From assembly GCA_003344405.1 (NCBI GenBank), contig NOWV01000140.1, forward strand, positions 1-64,000: a stretch of 64,000 nucleotides of DNA. Reading direction: 5' to 3'. The notes below the pieces were generated by a model. It was not told the origin of the DNA. It did no database searches and worked only from the letters and a program-made list of their open reading frames with translations. The position numbers and the translations under genes were made by a program. Shown piece after piece: positions 42,101-56,500 of this stretch. The stretch's first letter is position 1, and the number at the start of each line of letters is the position of its first letter. This DNA is from Trichoplax sp. H2. Lineage: Eukaryota.

Positions 42101-45100
42101 CTCGAATTAACCGTTATCATTACCAACCTTTAAGCCCATATTTTTTAAATCTTTCTTGGCTAAAGGAGGGAAATAGCCTAGCCAATGTTTGGGATCAGCA
42201 AATCTATAAAGATACAGAGTTTCGATTAACGATCATGAAACAACTTTCACTTTACAGCAAATTAAAGTGAAGTACTTTTTAATCTCTTCATCCTTTAAAC
42301 CTAAAGATCGCATAATTTCCCATTGGAATTTAGCCCCTCCAGTTTTGGCCAAGACTTTCGATTTACCCTATGTAAGCAAATATAAATTCATCTTACACGA
42401 TTGTCAAACGTAATCATGGAATTAATACAAGATCAATAGCTTGTATTTTACCTTTTTCTTGCGTTCTCCAACTTCAGCGGGATTAAATTCTTTCTTACTT
42501 TCTTCTTTATCGTTCGCAGAAGATTCGTTACGACCAGGGAATACAGGCGGATAGCCGAATGTTTCCATTTCGTATTTTAATTTATCAGCCGATGCCTTGA
42601 ATAAGGTTTAAATGTAACGTCGTCAATTTATCAAGGATGCCGCAATATTTTAGAATAAGTTGTCATATACCTTGATAGGCATTCCAGTACAATGTAGTCC
42701 AAACGGAAATAGACATCTTTTGCCTTTAAGACGTTGATAGCCAGAAATGAACTGTTATGAAATAAATTGACACTTTTTAATTTTTTAAATACGCCTATTA
42801 CACAGTACTGAATTTGCCAATACTGTTGGCATCATACCACTAAACTTAGCTACGAAAAGATGCACTGACCTCATTCTAAAAGTATAGCCATCGTGTGACA
42901 TAATTTTGGATTAAAATCGATGCCAAGGTAACGCATTTAATTCAAAATAAAAGTTAATAACTAGATTAGTTGTATATCATGTTTCGTAATTATTTATGAA
43001 GGAGTGATGATTCGGGAGAGGCTATGATAACGTAAATTAATTCATCATCACTATTATTATATTATTTTTTTGTCTACCTTTGATATGGAGAAAGTATGGC
43101 CAAGATGTAATCTCCCATTCATGTAGGGGTATGGAAAGCAAGTGAAATATCGAGGTTGGCTATTTAATGAGGCACAGTAGGCGTTAATATACGTATGAAG
43201 AGCGTAAATGATTAATGATACAAAAGCAACTTTTCGATTAAAAAGGAAATAGTAAGCAAGAAATATCGAAATTTGATCGATACTGTCGTAAATACATATG
43301 AATAGATGCGTTTACAGCTAAATTATTATCATGAGTAGTAGTAAGCTTACTTCCAGTCTTCACTGTCGCGCTAGATAAAGAGAGAAAATAATTAATTTTT
43401 TATTATAATGCTTTATATTGATTGAAAATACAGCTACTTATTTTTGCAATAACAGATATTTATCAAAAGTTTAATCTATATTATTTATCGCATAAAGAAA
43501 GACAAGAATGCCAATTATCATATTGCACTTACATCAGGCGCGTCTACTTCGAAGGTTTTTTCACGCTCCCATTTGGCCTGAATCTCAATTTCGATAGCAC
43601 GTAAGGTATTGACTTTAGTCGTTCCTTTACGACTTTCTTGGATTGTTGTCTAACAGGGAAACATAAACCAGTCATTCTCTACCATCAAACAACATTTACA
43701 ATATCATTCATCATGCACATAGCAAATTCCATGATAAAAATAGCAATGATAAAGCCAGTATCCACTGCTGCTAGCTAATGCATAATGTATTGCACGATTG
43801 TATCAATCATTCCGCCATTCGATCAGTATCTCTAGGAACTCTTAGAAGAGTTGCATCATCACGATTTTAATTCAAATACCATTCACCCTTATGGCAACAT
43901 CATCGATACCATTTCGGAAATCACTCTTAATTACCATAAATGAATTTTGAATAGCTACCGAACGTTGTTCTAATGACTGCATATGGAGTTAGTGATCAAA
44001 CTAGTCAGCAAAAATACATGGCTATGGTAGGCTACAACTAAACAGAGAATCACTAAACGTTGTAGCATTGCAAAGCATAGCATATCATGTCGAAAAGAAA
44101 TAGAATTGGCGAAACAGGAATGAATGGAGAATCAATCGTAAAGTAATTACAGTAACTTGGATGATATTTTGCATCCATTCCTTGACATGTTAATCATTGT
44201 TGTTATTATAAACATGACATCAGGCATAGACTAGCGAAATACTAGACGTGAGACATTAAGCACGTAGAAGAGAATTTACTGCACGATGGTAACCATGACG
44301 AAAGAGAATTCAGATTGGTAAAACAGAACCGATTGGCGAACCGATGTAAGACAATTACAGTCACTTGAATGGCATTTTAGCATCCATTTCTCGATTAATA
44401 GTATGGTATAATCCTCTATTCATAAAACTTGTAAAAGAGCAGAACATGACATCGAGAAGAGTATTCAATTGTGGATTATGTATGATAGATGAGAGTGGAG
44501 ATTGATGGACTGGAGATGAATAGACAATCGACACTTGCATGGAGGACTAGAATGATTTTGCATCATGTCCTTGATGTAGTCAGTCATAATGCTACGCTGT
44601 ATAATTAATTTATAAAATATCCGATGAAAAAGAGCCTCATTGGACTACACGTTTCATTGCTATATAACACGCAGAAGAGTATTTATTTATTGTCAGCATG
44701 GTCATGGAGACATGGAATTACTAAAGCAGAACTTCATCAAATAACTAGAATGGTATCTTGGATCCATCCCTTGGTTTGTTCACCATTATCATAGTATGGT
44801 ATAATCACGAGATTGAATATCAAATGAAGAATAGGACTATTTGATGGCATGATAAAGTAATGATCCAACAAAAGCAAGAGCAATTGCAAAGGAAAGAAGA
44901 TTGATTGAGAAGGACTGATTGGAGAAATGGTGTTTAAGCAAAACTCAGGACGGTTACTTGGCTGTACTCTTGCAACCATTGCTTGACTTGTCCGCCATGA
45001 TAATCGTGTAATAAGACATCCAATGAAGAGTAATAAAATGGAATAACATGATCCATGAGTGGTACAACATATAGGTGAGTGTTGATGAAAAATAGAAGCG

Positions 45101-45146
45101 GAAAAATGAGATCAATTCGAGAAGATTAAGCATGGCTTACCGTCAT
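36167..45146 (-). CDS. LARS1: Cytoplasmic leucyl-tRNA synthetase, many short exons
   Basis: [44 protein letters not shown] (HIGH-type motif); [67 protein letters not shown] (editing domain); [43 protein letters not shown]. Stop TAA at 36167-36169. Proposed first coding exon ATGACG|GTAAGC at 45141-45146 is less certain. Confidence 0.96.
44040..44740. repeat. Strongly diverged ~200-210 bp tandem units in LARS intron 1
   Basis: Related blocks AATTACAGT.ACTTG.ATG..ATTTT(A)GCATCCATT at ~44146 and ~44354, a weaker GAATGATTTTGCATCATGTCCTTGA at ~44550, and AACATGACATC at ~44211 and ~44442. Confidence 0.5.
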
Positions 45147-45187
45147 GATGGATGGAGGAAAATGGAGTCCAGGCACATGGATACCAC

Positions 45188-45197
45188 TGCGCATGCG
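45188..45197. promoter_or_regulatory. NRF1-like palindromic site (TGCGCATGCG) in the divergent LARS/NUDCD2 promoter
   Basis: TGCGCATGCG about 45 bp upstream of the proposed LARS ATG; the genes are head-to-head ~1 kb apart. Confidence 0.45.
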
Positions 45198-46197
45198 ACA
45201 TGCATTTTCCAGGTAGTTAATTTCCGTGAAGCCAAAAAGAGAAAGTGTGCAAAATGAGCTGTCATGTTACCTCAGCCCATATCCTAAACAGAGCGTCAAT
45301 ATTCATACATAATACTGTAGATAAAATCGGATTTGTTATCACTATACGAACTCGATATGGACACTATTCTGCACATTGTTTCTACTACCTATTGCGCAAT
45401 ACTGATTGTCTGTAATCCATCGCTGTTGCGCCTAGTGTAGTTCCAACTTGAGCACTTTAATACAGGTTACTGACTAGATTAAGCGGCATGTTTGCGTTGC
45501 TTATCGACGGATCAATCGCTCCATCCTTTTGCCAACTCGAAATTGCTATCATTCCAGTGTAATCCATTTATGCTAAAGGAATGTTTGCTACAGTGGACTG
45601 AAAGCGTTCAACACTGTCCTTCTCTGTTCCTGAGCTTAAACTATGGCCAAAATTCGAATATTTCTTCATATAGCCTAGTAATTAAACTAAACTCTATATT
45701 TGCATTAGTTTGGAGGACTTTCAGGTAGTTTTATAACAGCAATATTTTCATACAGCTTTTTGACTAGACCAAATGATCTACTTGCGTTAGTGGGGTATGG
45801 TTATACCGCGATTGGCTAGCTCGATGGATAGCTTGCTCATCGATTGTTGTATGGAAGAGTCGTATTTCCTTATAGGTTACTGGGTAGACTTGATGGCATG
45901 TTTGCGTTAGTAGAGTATATATACGAAACTGACAAGCAACTAAGTTAAGCCCTTGCACATCTAGATTGACCTCCATGATTGCAGTATAAAGCACTTATTG
46001 CTATGGAGTGTTTGGTATAGTAGGTTAAAAGCATCCATCTTGCTTCTTCCCAGTTCCTCTCCGCCATGTTCCAGCTGACTGGATGCCATCGTTGATTCTG
46101 TGAAATTCGCTCTTTTACACGCTTTCTTTTTGCAATAATTAGTTTAGGAAGTATCTAAAAGGCTTGTTTCCAGTTCTTCTTGTTATGGTTAGTCAGG

Positions 46198-48526
46198 ATG
46201 AGCCATTTCGATGAGAAAACGCAAATTGTCAGCAGTAAAACCGAGTGGGGATTATGGTACCAAACCATCGATGAAGTTTTCATTGAAATCAATCTTCCAC
46301 CAGGTACTAAAGGAAAAGATGTTGCCTGCAAATTGACCGCTACAGATATTCAAGTTGCAGTCCAAGATCAAGTTTATATCGAGGTATGGAATAGATTGAT
46401 TTCATTGGTAGGCTGTAAGCTACATATTGGGTTGGATTAGAATTAAAATTGAGCTTCGAGACAGTCCATGGAGTGCCAGTGTTGATTACATATGACTGCA
46501 AATCCAATTATGCTGATGACAGTGGGATAGCATAGTGCGATTGGATTAAAATGTAGGTCTCGCCTGAGGTATAGCGATACATGGTTTGGTCAATAAGATG
46601 CAATGGATTCGACGACATGATACGATACAATAGTCTCGTAAAAGAACAAATGGAGAATATAGCTTACAGAGCATGATGGATGGGAGAACAATCAATAACA
46701 TCCAGTGTTAATGCGAGTGTTAATCGAGGCTAGATTCTATCGTAGATTGCATTGCCAATGTTAGATTTCATGTTACCGTAGAGGCAAAATTTAGCATCAA
46801 CCTTGCACTAGATAGTTGGTTGTGGAAGAGCCAAAATTCAACCTCAATGGAGGTATTAAGATGTGCCTGATACCTTGTTACAAAAGAGCCAAAATAGAGT
46901 GCCAGCTAAGATTGAAATCGAGTGTAGATTAGATAGCATGATGTACAATATATATAGGTTAATTAAGAATCAACCTTGCACTAGATAGTTGGTTGTGGAA
47001 GAGCCAAAATTCAACCTCAATGGAGGTATTAAGATGTGCCTGATACCTTGTTACAAAAGAGCCAAAATTGAGTGCCAGCTAAGATTGAAATCGAGTGTAG
47101 ATTAGATAGCATGATGTACAGTATGTATATATATAATATATACAATGAAAAACTCAAGTATCAGCAATAATTAGAATAAGCTGTGGATTAGATATACGTA
47201 CATTATATTGCATATAGTGCAAAATTGAGTCTCACAGGTTGCAATCAAGTATGCTGTCGATGACATATTACATTGCAATAGAGTCTAATTGGGTATTGAA
47301 GTAGTTGCTATGCTACGTTGATGTTACTATGTACAATAATGAAATTACCACCACAATATTGGTATAAAATTATGGATATTATGTTGTAAAAGTGAAGATT
47401 GAGTAGCTACAGAAGTTAGAATATCTTGTGAAATAGCTATCGTGTTGTAGTGAGATATCACAATTGTAGTACAGTCAATGATCGAAGTTGCGCAACATTA
47501 GCTCTGATCGAATAAGCACAGTCCTACGGGGAAAGAGATTGAAAATGACAAGCTTTTATAATTTTAACGACTGTTACAGAGTGGCATACTAATATTATAA
47601 TAAAATCGATATAGGGTAAATGGTTCAGTAATGTCGTCAGCGAGGATTGCGTATGGACAGTAGGTAAGGGAAAAGTAGGGATACACCGTATTTGAAATCT
47701 TGTATATAACTACTATCCTGTGATACCTTCAAAATATCGTAAAAATATTGACTTGGATATGCATATCTTTTGACTGTCCACTCCACGACTCCTAAAACAA
47801 AAAAATGGGCTCGTCAATGGCTATAGAGGATAGGAAGTTGTTAAGGATAATTTGCCAAAAATCCGTGCGAGATCCTGGTAAAGGATGGAAGTCTTTAACA
47901 AAGGATAAGTACCAAGCTGATGTTTGGACAATGACAGAAATGGAAAAGAAATTAACTTTAGAAAGATTTCAAAGAGAGGTTAACTTATAGTAAAAACAAA
48001 ATTTTATTATTATGATAGCTGCTCTATAATACAACTTTCCTGACTTACTAATGAAGTAGATGGGTGCATGGTCTAAGCTAGTCCTGTAATACGATCCATT
48101 TTACTGAAAGGATTTTAGAGTAAACTTAATCTGTAGATGACCGCGAATAAGAATTAGTATAGAGCTTGCAACAAAGAAATCACGCTAAGGATGATTTACG
48201 TGTTGTAGCTGTAGTAATCTCCATAAGATTCATTAGAGATATCGAGTTGGAAATATCGTAGTGTAACTGAGATCATGACATTAGTGAAAATAGATATCAT
48301 TGCTATCGTAGTAAAATAACTGTGCTACTGCCGCATTACTAGCAGTATAAAGTACAATGTTATTTAATTAGATACATAAACTTAACAATTCTTGCAAAGC
48401 TCTTTTATTTTATTGTCTTCTAATAGTATGATTTTGCCTATGGTATAGAATCCTGGTTTCGATTTTAGTGGAGCTGAAGTCACAGGAAATTTTGCAGATG
48501 GCGGACCTAAACTACCTGAACGATAA
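46198..48526 (+). CDS. NUDCD2: NudC domain-containing protein 2 (4 exons)
   Basis: MSHFDEK...TEWGLWYQTIDEVFIEINLPPGT (46198-46383); GKWFSNVVSEDCVWTV (~47615-47663); EDRKLLRII...EMEKKLTLERFQRE (~47827-47978); NPGFDFSGAEVTGNFADGGPKLPER* (48449-48526). Confidence 0.95.
46796..47130. repeat. Near-perfect 173-bp-period tandem duplication in NUDCD2 intron 1
   Basis: ATCAACCTTGCACTAGATAGTTGGTTGTGGAAGAGCC...GATTAGATAGCATGATGTACA at 46796 and 46969, almost identical. Confidence 0.95.
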
Positions 48527-50143
48527 ACTCATAAAAAAATAGGATGTGTTTTATGTACACTAGTAGAATTGCGTCTATGAAATATTATGGTAATATGATC
48601 AAACGTATTCGTCACATTACGGTACACAATTGACTTATTTAGTCTATCCAGGCAAAATATCGCTTTATTAAAACTACCTGTATACTAAAGATTGAAGTCA
48701 AATTCTACAGCGATACGGACATTCATAATTCATTTACTTAATCTACTTCTTACGGGTTGAAAATGGGTAACTGAAGATTTAACGCCTAACGAATTTAAAC
48801 TAAATATTTCAGGCATCTTTGACTAAGTTGTTCAAATTATATTATATTACATGCTATATAAAGCACAGTGTATTATACAGTAGATAGTAGTTCGGTAAAT
48901 ATATTCACAGCTACTTCAAGGTTGAATAAAGATTTACAAAAACCAATCACAACATTGGACTAAAATGTAGGATGAACTTTAAGCATAATGTAAATCATAT
49001 TCGCGAAATAATTTACGCTAAATTGCTATGCATTATTTTAGACTATAGTAGGGCTAATATAAATTTTAGCAAATACCGAATTAATTGCATCTTAAACGAT
49101 GCCAATTCAGTATTGTACTTAGAAATTATGCTAACTTTAATTATGTACTTTCAATTACCATAATATAAACAACTCGACGTCAGGAATGCATTGATCAGGA
49201 TATTGTCCATCTTTATTCTTTAGCTTGTAAATATTGGTTAACCTTATGAATAATTTGAAAGACATTAATTCTCTTAAACTACTGACCTGACCATATTGTA
49301 TACGTACGTATATATCCACGTGCATTGTTATAAAAATTTTGTGTCGATCTGTTCTAAATTCCACTGTTATTTGCAGCAAAGGTTTACTACCCTTCAAGTT
49401 ATTACGTATCTTACCCTATAAACCCGACTTATTAGCAAATTAGATGAACTGTTTTTCTAATTAAATAGGAATGTATCAGCATCAAATAGGAATTGATACA
49501 TTTCTTATCTATAATCATCACATACTGCATGTCTGCTGAAATTTAAAAGTTATCTTTAAATGTCAATGTTTTGAATGTGATACGCTTCATTTCATTAAAC
49601 TGCAAACTGAAATGTGTATAAGTATCATAGCCAATAAAGAACATGTTTATTGCAATTATCCAACTCATTTTGAACTGAACTAGTCAGTGCAATACAGCAT
49701 TATAAAGGTTAAAATGGACTGATTAGGATCGATACGGAGAAGTTATTTAGATTACTAATGCACAATTGCTATAAAAACCTGAAGTGCTATGCTATAGCAT
49801 ATTTACGCAAATCATTTCACTTCAACAATACAACTAAATTAATCCAAATGAGGCTAAGCAAATGAAGTGATTGTGATTCCCTAACTATTGGGGTATCAAC
49901 AGATAAACGAAGCTTTAGTTTTGAGAATGGTTTGTGATCTCAGGGCAATCGAAACTAAATATGTATTTCTAGATTCTATAAATGCCTACAGGCTACAGTA
50001 TAATAAAGCCTAGAATACAGCAACAGTGTTCATCTGATTTACAATTACAGTACTAATTATTGAATAAGACTTAGACTTAGCATCCTTACTTCCGTAACAT
50101 TTAACAATTTAATTTATTTGGTATTATAGAATTAAATCAATTC

Positions 50144-50230
50144 TATCATCTAGAACTCTCTGCTAGGGGTCCATTAATTGTATTCTTTTTATCATCTAGA
50201 ACTCGCTGTTGAGTGTACATCAATTGTTAC
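50144..50230. repeat. Short ~46-bp tandem duplication
   Basis: TATCATCTAGAACTC.CTG...G.GT.CAT.AATTGT at ~50144 and ~50190. Confidence 0.6.
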
Positions 50231-50533
50231 AAAGTATCAAAAATAAATTATACCAATTTTCATGCATTACCATCGCATAAAAGTCGTTAGAATATGCCGG
50301 TCAACAATGAATTGAGAGTTTATATACACACTCATATAATTTTAAATCCATATAAGATCCTATATTGCATATCAGGATGAAATCGTAAGCATGACCTCTA
50401 TTACAATACGATATATCTTCAAATTAACCGTATCTTCCTGTAACTTTAGCACTCACTCATCAAACATATCTATAGTAACGCATGCACCATATAACTTATA
50501 TAAATATACTGAATACTAAAGCATTTCACTGAT

Positions 50534-53500
50534 CTACTTAATATTTGAATATTTTCTTAAATAAAAGACGTGCTCCTTTGTATAGCATTTCGGTAAAGCC
50601 CATTTGGAAATTTTTTCCCGTACTTCTGATAGACAATTTTTTCCTTCTTCGTCCGGCCAAAATTTACACAGATGAGATATAATTAAAGCGCATTCGATTG
50701 GATCAGGGAAATAATTCATCTGCATAAGGCAATGCGTAATTTTATTCGTTAGTGATATATTTGGAGCTTGATACAATCATGCAATAAAACAATTAATAGG
50801 GTATTGGTCTATAATTTGATCATGACTAATGAAACTACTCAAATAAAATATCTCTTTTACCTTAATGATTTTAGTTATGGAATCAAATTGTTCCATAATA
50901 TTTTGTTCTTCTGACTTTAAGTATTCTAATGTCACAGATGGATAAAAGTATTTGATATCTGATGTCACATCAAATTCAGGATCCATTCTTTCTTTTTGTG
51001 GTATGATGACCGGGTCATGCTGGATCTTACACATTTCTTGAAGGCCTTCATGATAATTTGCAGATTTTTGATCATTCAATTCCTCTACTAATATATCTAC
51101 GGCAGTACCGCTACACTCACTTAGCTTATTAGCATCTTCAACAGCATTTTTGTTAGCTGTACCATCTGATCCCTCAGGCGAATCAAGATTCTTGATACCA
51201 TCTTGAGCTTCCAAATTGTCGTCAACTTGAGACAATAAATGTGCATTATTTATCCCTTCTTTACTGGTACTTGCACGTATATCAATGTCCGATGCAATTG
51301 AATTCCTACTTGAATCCTCCTCTTCATTGATACTCTGCTTGATCTCAAACGTTCGTTTTGTTTTACCTGCTTGCTTAATGGAATCCAATCCTTGAGCACT
51401 TTCATGCCGTTCAACAGCGATCGCAACCTGCTCTAGTTTAAATTGGCAGCTTAAATAATTTACACGAGACTCGACGAGCAACGCTGCCATTGCATCTGAT
51501 AATATTCGAATAATTTCTCCCATCGTTAAAATATTATTACTGTTAACATCTAATTGTTGCGATACTGCTAAAGCAACTGGCTGCTCTCCTATTTTATTAT
51601 TGCTGTCCTGCAGCAAGCTCTGAATTGCAACATCTTGTCGATTATCTACCTTATTACTGCTATTATTTTCCACATTCTGAGAAATACCAGATGGCATCCT
51701 ATATTCTGTTGTATCGTCTTGTGTAACAGGAAATAAACTCGTATTATATTGTACGCTTGATTTAGGTAGTGCCCACCACAACCAAAGCAGTATGTAATAG
51801 TAATAATATTGAAGTGGTACACAATCTTCGCTATTTTGCTCAATCAAGTATACGGTTATGTAATTCTGAAAAGAATGAGGACCACTAGGAAAAAACGATA
51901 GCAAAGCATTTCCCATGATATCATAAGCTCCATAAGATAAACAAGTTTTAACTATATTCTGAATAGAGCTGAGTGCCCCAACACCATCTGATGCTAGTAG
52001 ACAAAGTAAACAAATTGATAGCTGATACGAAGTAGATAAAAGTACCTGCAAGATAAAACAAAACGAGAGATTAAAGATTTAAATTTAAGACATTCCGCCA
52101 GGTTAAAATCCAAACTAATGTCAGAACTTGCAAAAAGAATTACTTACGTTAGTTAAGTTTCCTAATTTCCAATTCGAATTGCTTACGTGTTCAGATAAAA
52201 CAATTTGATACTCTTTAACTTTATCCATATGAAAGTCAACATGTGACATCCACTTTTTCAAAATTGATACGAAGATAGGTCCATTGATCAACTTTTTAGT
52301 ACTTATTCGAGCATAAATGCTTTTGTCACTCTTCTTAAAATAGTTCAAGGCTGCTAAATCATGTTTTAAATAAATGATTTACATCAGAGTGAGAGGTACA
52401 GGTAGCAAATACTAAACATTATATTATTATAATTCTCACCTTTAGCAATAGGTGGTGTATCATCGTCAGTTACAGCGTCCTTACTACTTGATGAATGTAG
52501 TAATTCGTGATCCAATTGCTTTACTTCTAGGTCTAGAGTACTAACTAACTCATACCATACAATAGCATTTAACTGGAAGGGCTACAATGAAATAAATAAT
52601 AAAAATCCAAGAAATCTGAGAAAGAATGTTATTAAAACAAATATCGATGAATTAATAATTCCATTATATGTTTGTTAACCGTTAGCTCGTTCGTTGTTGT
52701 ACATAATGATAACGCATCATTAATTGAAAGGACTTGCAATGACGAATCGATACACGTCTTAATCCAAGCAGTGGATATTGGTATTCCACCCATCAGTCGA
52801 GCAACTTTAACAGCGGCTATAGCAGCAGTATGCTCTTTACTTCTGCTTAAAGCACTAACGGCTTCCGAATGTAAACCTATGGCTAAATAACTAGCCGTAA
52901 CACAAATGCATAACACTAAATTAAATTTGTATATTTATGCAAAAGTTATTTATATTGAGATATGGCAAATGTGTTACCAACCATTTAGCAGCTTGCTCAA
53001 AACGTGATTCTTTCTCTAGACTTCTGGCCCAGGCTAAATAAATATCTGATATTACCGGATCATTAGAAGATAATCGACACTGGGCAAGGCCTATCGCTTC
53101 TCTAATTGAAGGAAAGAAAATTAATGACGTCCTGTCTCTGAAGAATCTATAAAAAATGACTATCAAGCAGATGTTACACCAAATATTAAATTAACCTGTA
53201 CATTCCATTTTCTTTGAAGCAATCTACTGCTTGATGAGTTTCATGGCAAGCTAAATAATAGACCGCAGCTTTCTGTGGATAGCCATTACTCATGAGTTGA
53301 TTGGCATAATTCTTAGCAGTTTCTAGCCAAACATCGTAACCCCCTATGATAGAAAAACCATATCTCCGATCAGCTAAATAATTAAGTAGCAATTATTCGA
53401 TCATAATAATATTAAATTCTTATTTGCAACAAACTAATTCACCTGCAATGCTAATAGAAACGAGCCAATCCGTTAGTTGGCCGTTTTCAGTTGCAAAGTG

Positions 53501-56500
53501 GAGAGCATTGCCTATATCACCAGTCCAAATGTTCAGTTGAAGTGATTGCTCCACATTTCCCAATGACAAATGCCTCTCTCCTAAATGTGATACGATCATA
53601 AAATCATTAACTAAATTGTAATAATTGCCATGTGTATCAGTTCAATCGCTAACATTCGTAGTACATATGTATATCTTGTATATTACGTACGTTCAAAGTC
53701 AATGGCTCTCATAGCAGTATGACGATCCGAAAAGAGAGCGACACCGAGTGCAGATTCAAAATTATCAAAGGCAGCATCTACATGTTTACCTATAACAGCA
53801 ACGAGATATCAGTAGCGGCCCTTCTGCTATATTGCAGCAGCTAGTCTAACACAGATAAGCAAGAAATGATACCGTTGATGATTTCAGCTAATTCAACACA
53901 TTCATTGCGTTGAATTATCTTTGGACGGGAATCTGCATTTGCACACGAGGGTAATAAGGACCTTTGTTTACCTTTTTTCTTCTTTCCAGAAGAATCTAAT
54001 AAAACAAAAATATAAAGTGTATGCAGTAGTTAAAGCTAAATGAATACAATCACTCTGTATAGTCCCGTTATCAACAGTAATAAAAAATTGTTTACTTTTC
54101 ATTTGCTCTTCTTTTACACTCAAATGTAAATCATTATTAGTACAGTCCGCAGATATCGACGGAGTTTCTGTTGTGTTAACAACAGATGCTTCAGGTAAAC
54201 GATTTGGTAACTGTTCAATTTTGGGTAATACTGGCACTTCAGGAAGTTCGGGCTTATCCCATTTGGCAATGGTTACGTTTTCATCTTTGACAGGGAATTT
54301 ATTAGTGCTTTTGCGCTTTTTTTTGGAGCTTTTGCTGCTAGACTGTGATTGCTCTGTTAAAGCAATTAAAAAGGTTTCTACCGAATACTCAAGTTAACAT
54401 CAATTACAAGCAGAGAAATCGCAATTCTTACCAGAGCCTGAAGCTGACACTCTGTCCCCTTTATGTTTGGAAACTTTCCAAAAATGCACAGAGTAATCCT
54501 GACTACCAGAATATATTAAATCCTGATCTCGAAAACTCCAAGCGACCGTTAGTATTCTTCCCAAGTGGCTAACGTAACTTGCGATAATTTGACAACTGGT
54601 AATATCCCAGACCTATACGTATAACAAAAATTTTATCACTTACTCACAAGCATAATGAATAGAAAATGTTTGAGAATTAACCTTAATCGACCAATCAAAA
54701 GACGCAGTAGCAATTTGATACGCGTTGTGAGGACTCCAACTGATGTCAGTAACGCGATGTTGATGACCTCGTAACTGTTTATAACTTGTTGTTACAACAG
54801 TCGATGATTGCACTATATATCAGCAGTAACATAAAAATAAATATAATGTGAGTAACACTTTTTAACAATATCAAAAGCACAGAAATGCTAACTAACGTTG
54901 TAATTGTTTAATATCATGGATATAAACGGTCATAGAGTTTGATCCGGAAGCCAACCAACACGTCACGTCTTGCTCTAACGAATAAAACAGTCTAGAATAA
55001 ATTTTCTCTTCCTGCATTACCATCACCTCATCATTACCACTTAAATTGTGTAAGTCTGACAAATATTTACTAACCAAGTTGTTCATCATTAGCAAAGTGT
55101 TGATGATGCCATTGCAAGCAGTTTACGATTCTACTCTGGCACTGTATTTTTAAAAGGCTTTCGAGATTGGGCGCTTGAAAAATTTCGATTAATCTGTCGA
55201 AATACAACATCCATCCTATATTAATGTCAGTTTTAAAATCGATCAAAAATTAAGATTTCACTCACCCATCATCATTGCCAATAGCTAACAAAGTCAAGTC
55301 GGGTTTCCAAGCTAACTCGCTTCTTAAAGGAAATTTTTGCTATTGACATTGCGTTTTGAAGATATTACATTACGTTTCATCAATAAGAAAAGTTTTCAAT
55401 AAAGAAAATATTAAATTTTAATAACTGTGTAATACCTGGATATCATTCGTTTTGGCAATAATATCATTAATATTAGAAGCATGACTTTCCATATGCTGCG
55501 TATTATGTTGTAGAGCTATACCATCTCCTCCAACACTATATAACATTAATTTAGTACTGGATGATGTCAATTCTTTGTCGCTAAAAGTACACTGTGGTCC
55601 CCAACTTAAGGAGTACACTGTGCCCTTGTGATATGACCAAGAAGCACTTGAACTGCAATACAGAAATACGAAATTATATAGTATTTATTAGTGCATTAAT
55701 TAATTTAATTAACATCTAAATTCAATTTTCAACAACTACATCAATTTGATCTATTTGTTATATCAATTCAGATATGTACCTTTGAGATAGTATATTGTAG
55801 ATACCGACTTTGCCTTTATCAGTCCCAAAGGCTAGCAAGCCTTCTTTTTCAGGATGCCAGTTAATCTATTGAATATGTTAGACGGTACAATCAAATCCAT
55901 GTCCATCCTTGAAAAATTAACTTATAACAAGGACTGTAATCGATCTAGCTTCAATAATTGGTATGGAAGGTACGTAGAAAGGCTAATAGTTAACACTAGA
56001 AAGATTCAACTCTGGCTAAGCGCATTCGTTTAGCAACTAATGAAATGCTTACCACGGTAACTTTAGAGTCTATGCCTTGCCATAGTATGCGACTGTCGTA
56101 GCATGTTTCTTTATCTGATACTTTCCAAGTAATAATGCAATTATCGCCAAGACCACCAGCTATTAAAGACGACGTCAGTGGACTTATTCGAACGCAATGC
56201 GCCCAGCCACCTAAGGTTGGTAGGACAGAAATAGGCTGCAATTTAATTGCATCCCAACAGATGATCTGAAAAAGTTACAATTATTCCGCATAACTTTAAA
56301 GGGAAGATTGTTGTTTAGCCGCGGTAATGAAATTAAGAGTCTAAGAATGTAAAAGCAGATCCATCTCGAATATACTAAATAATAAAACGTGATCATTGAT
56401 TTCAATATTAACCAGTGGCTATAGAGTAATCTCTGATGTGCAGTGATACATCAATCCTATAGCTCACCTGTCTGTCTAATGAGAACGTTACTAGATAGTT

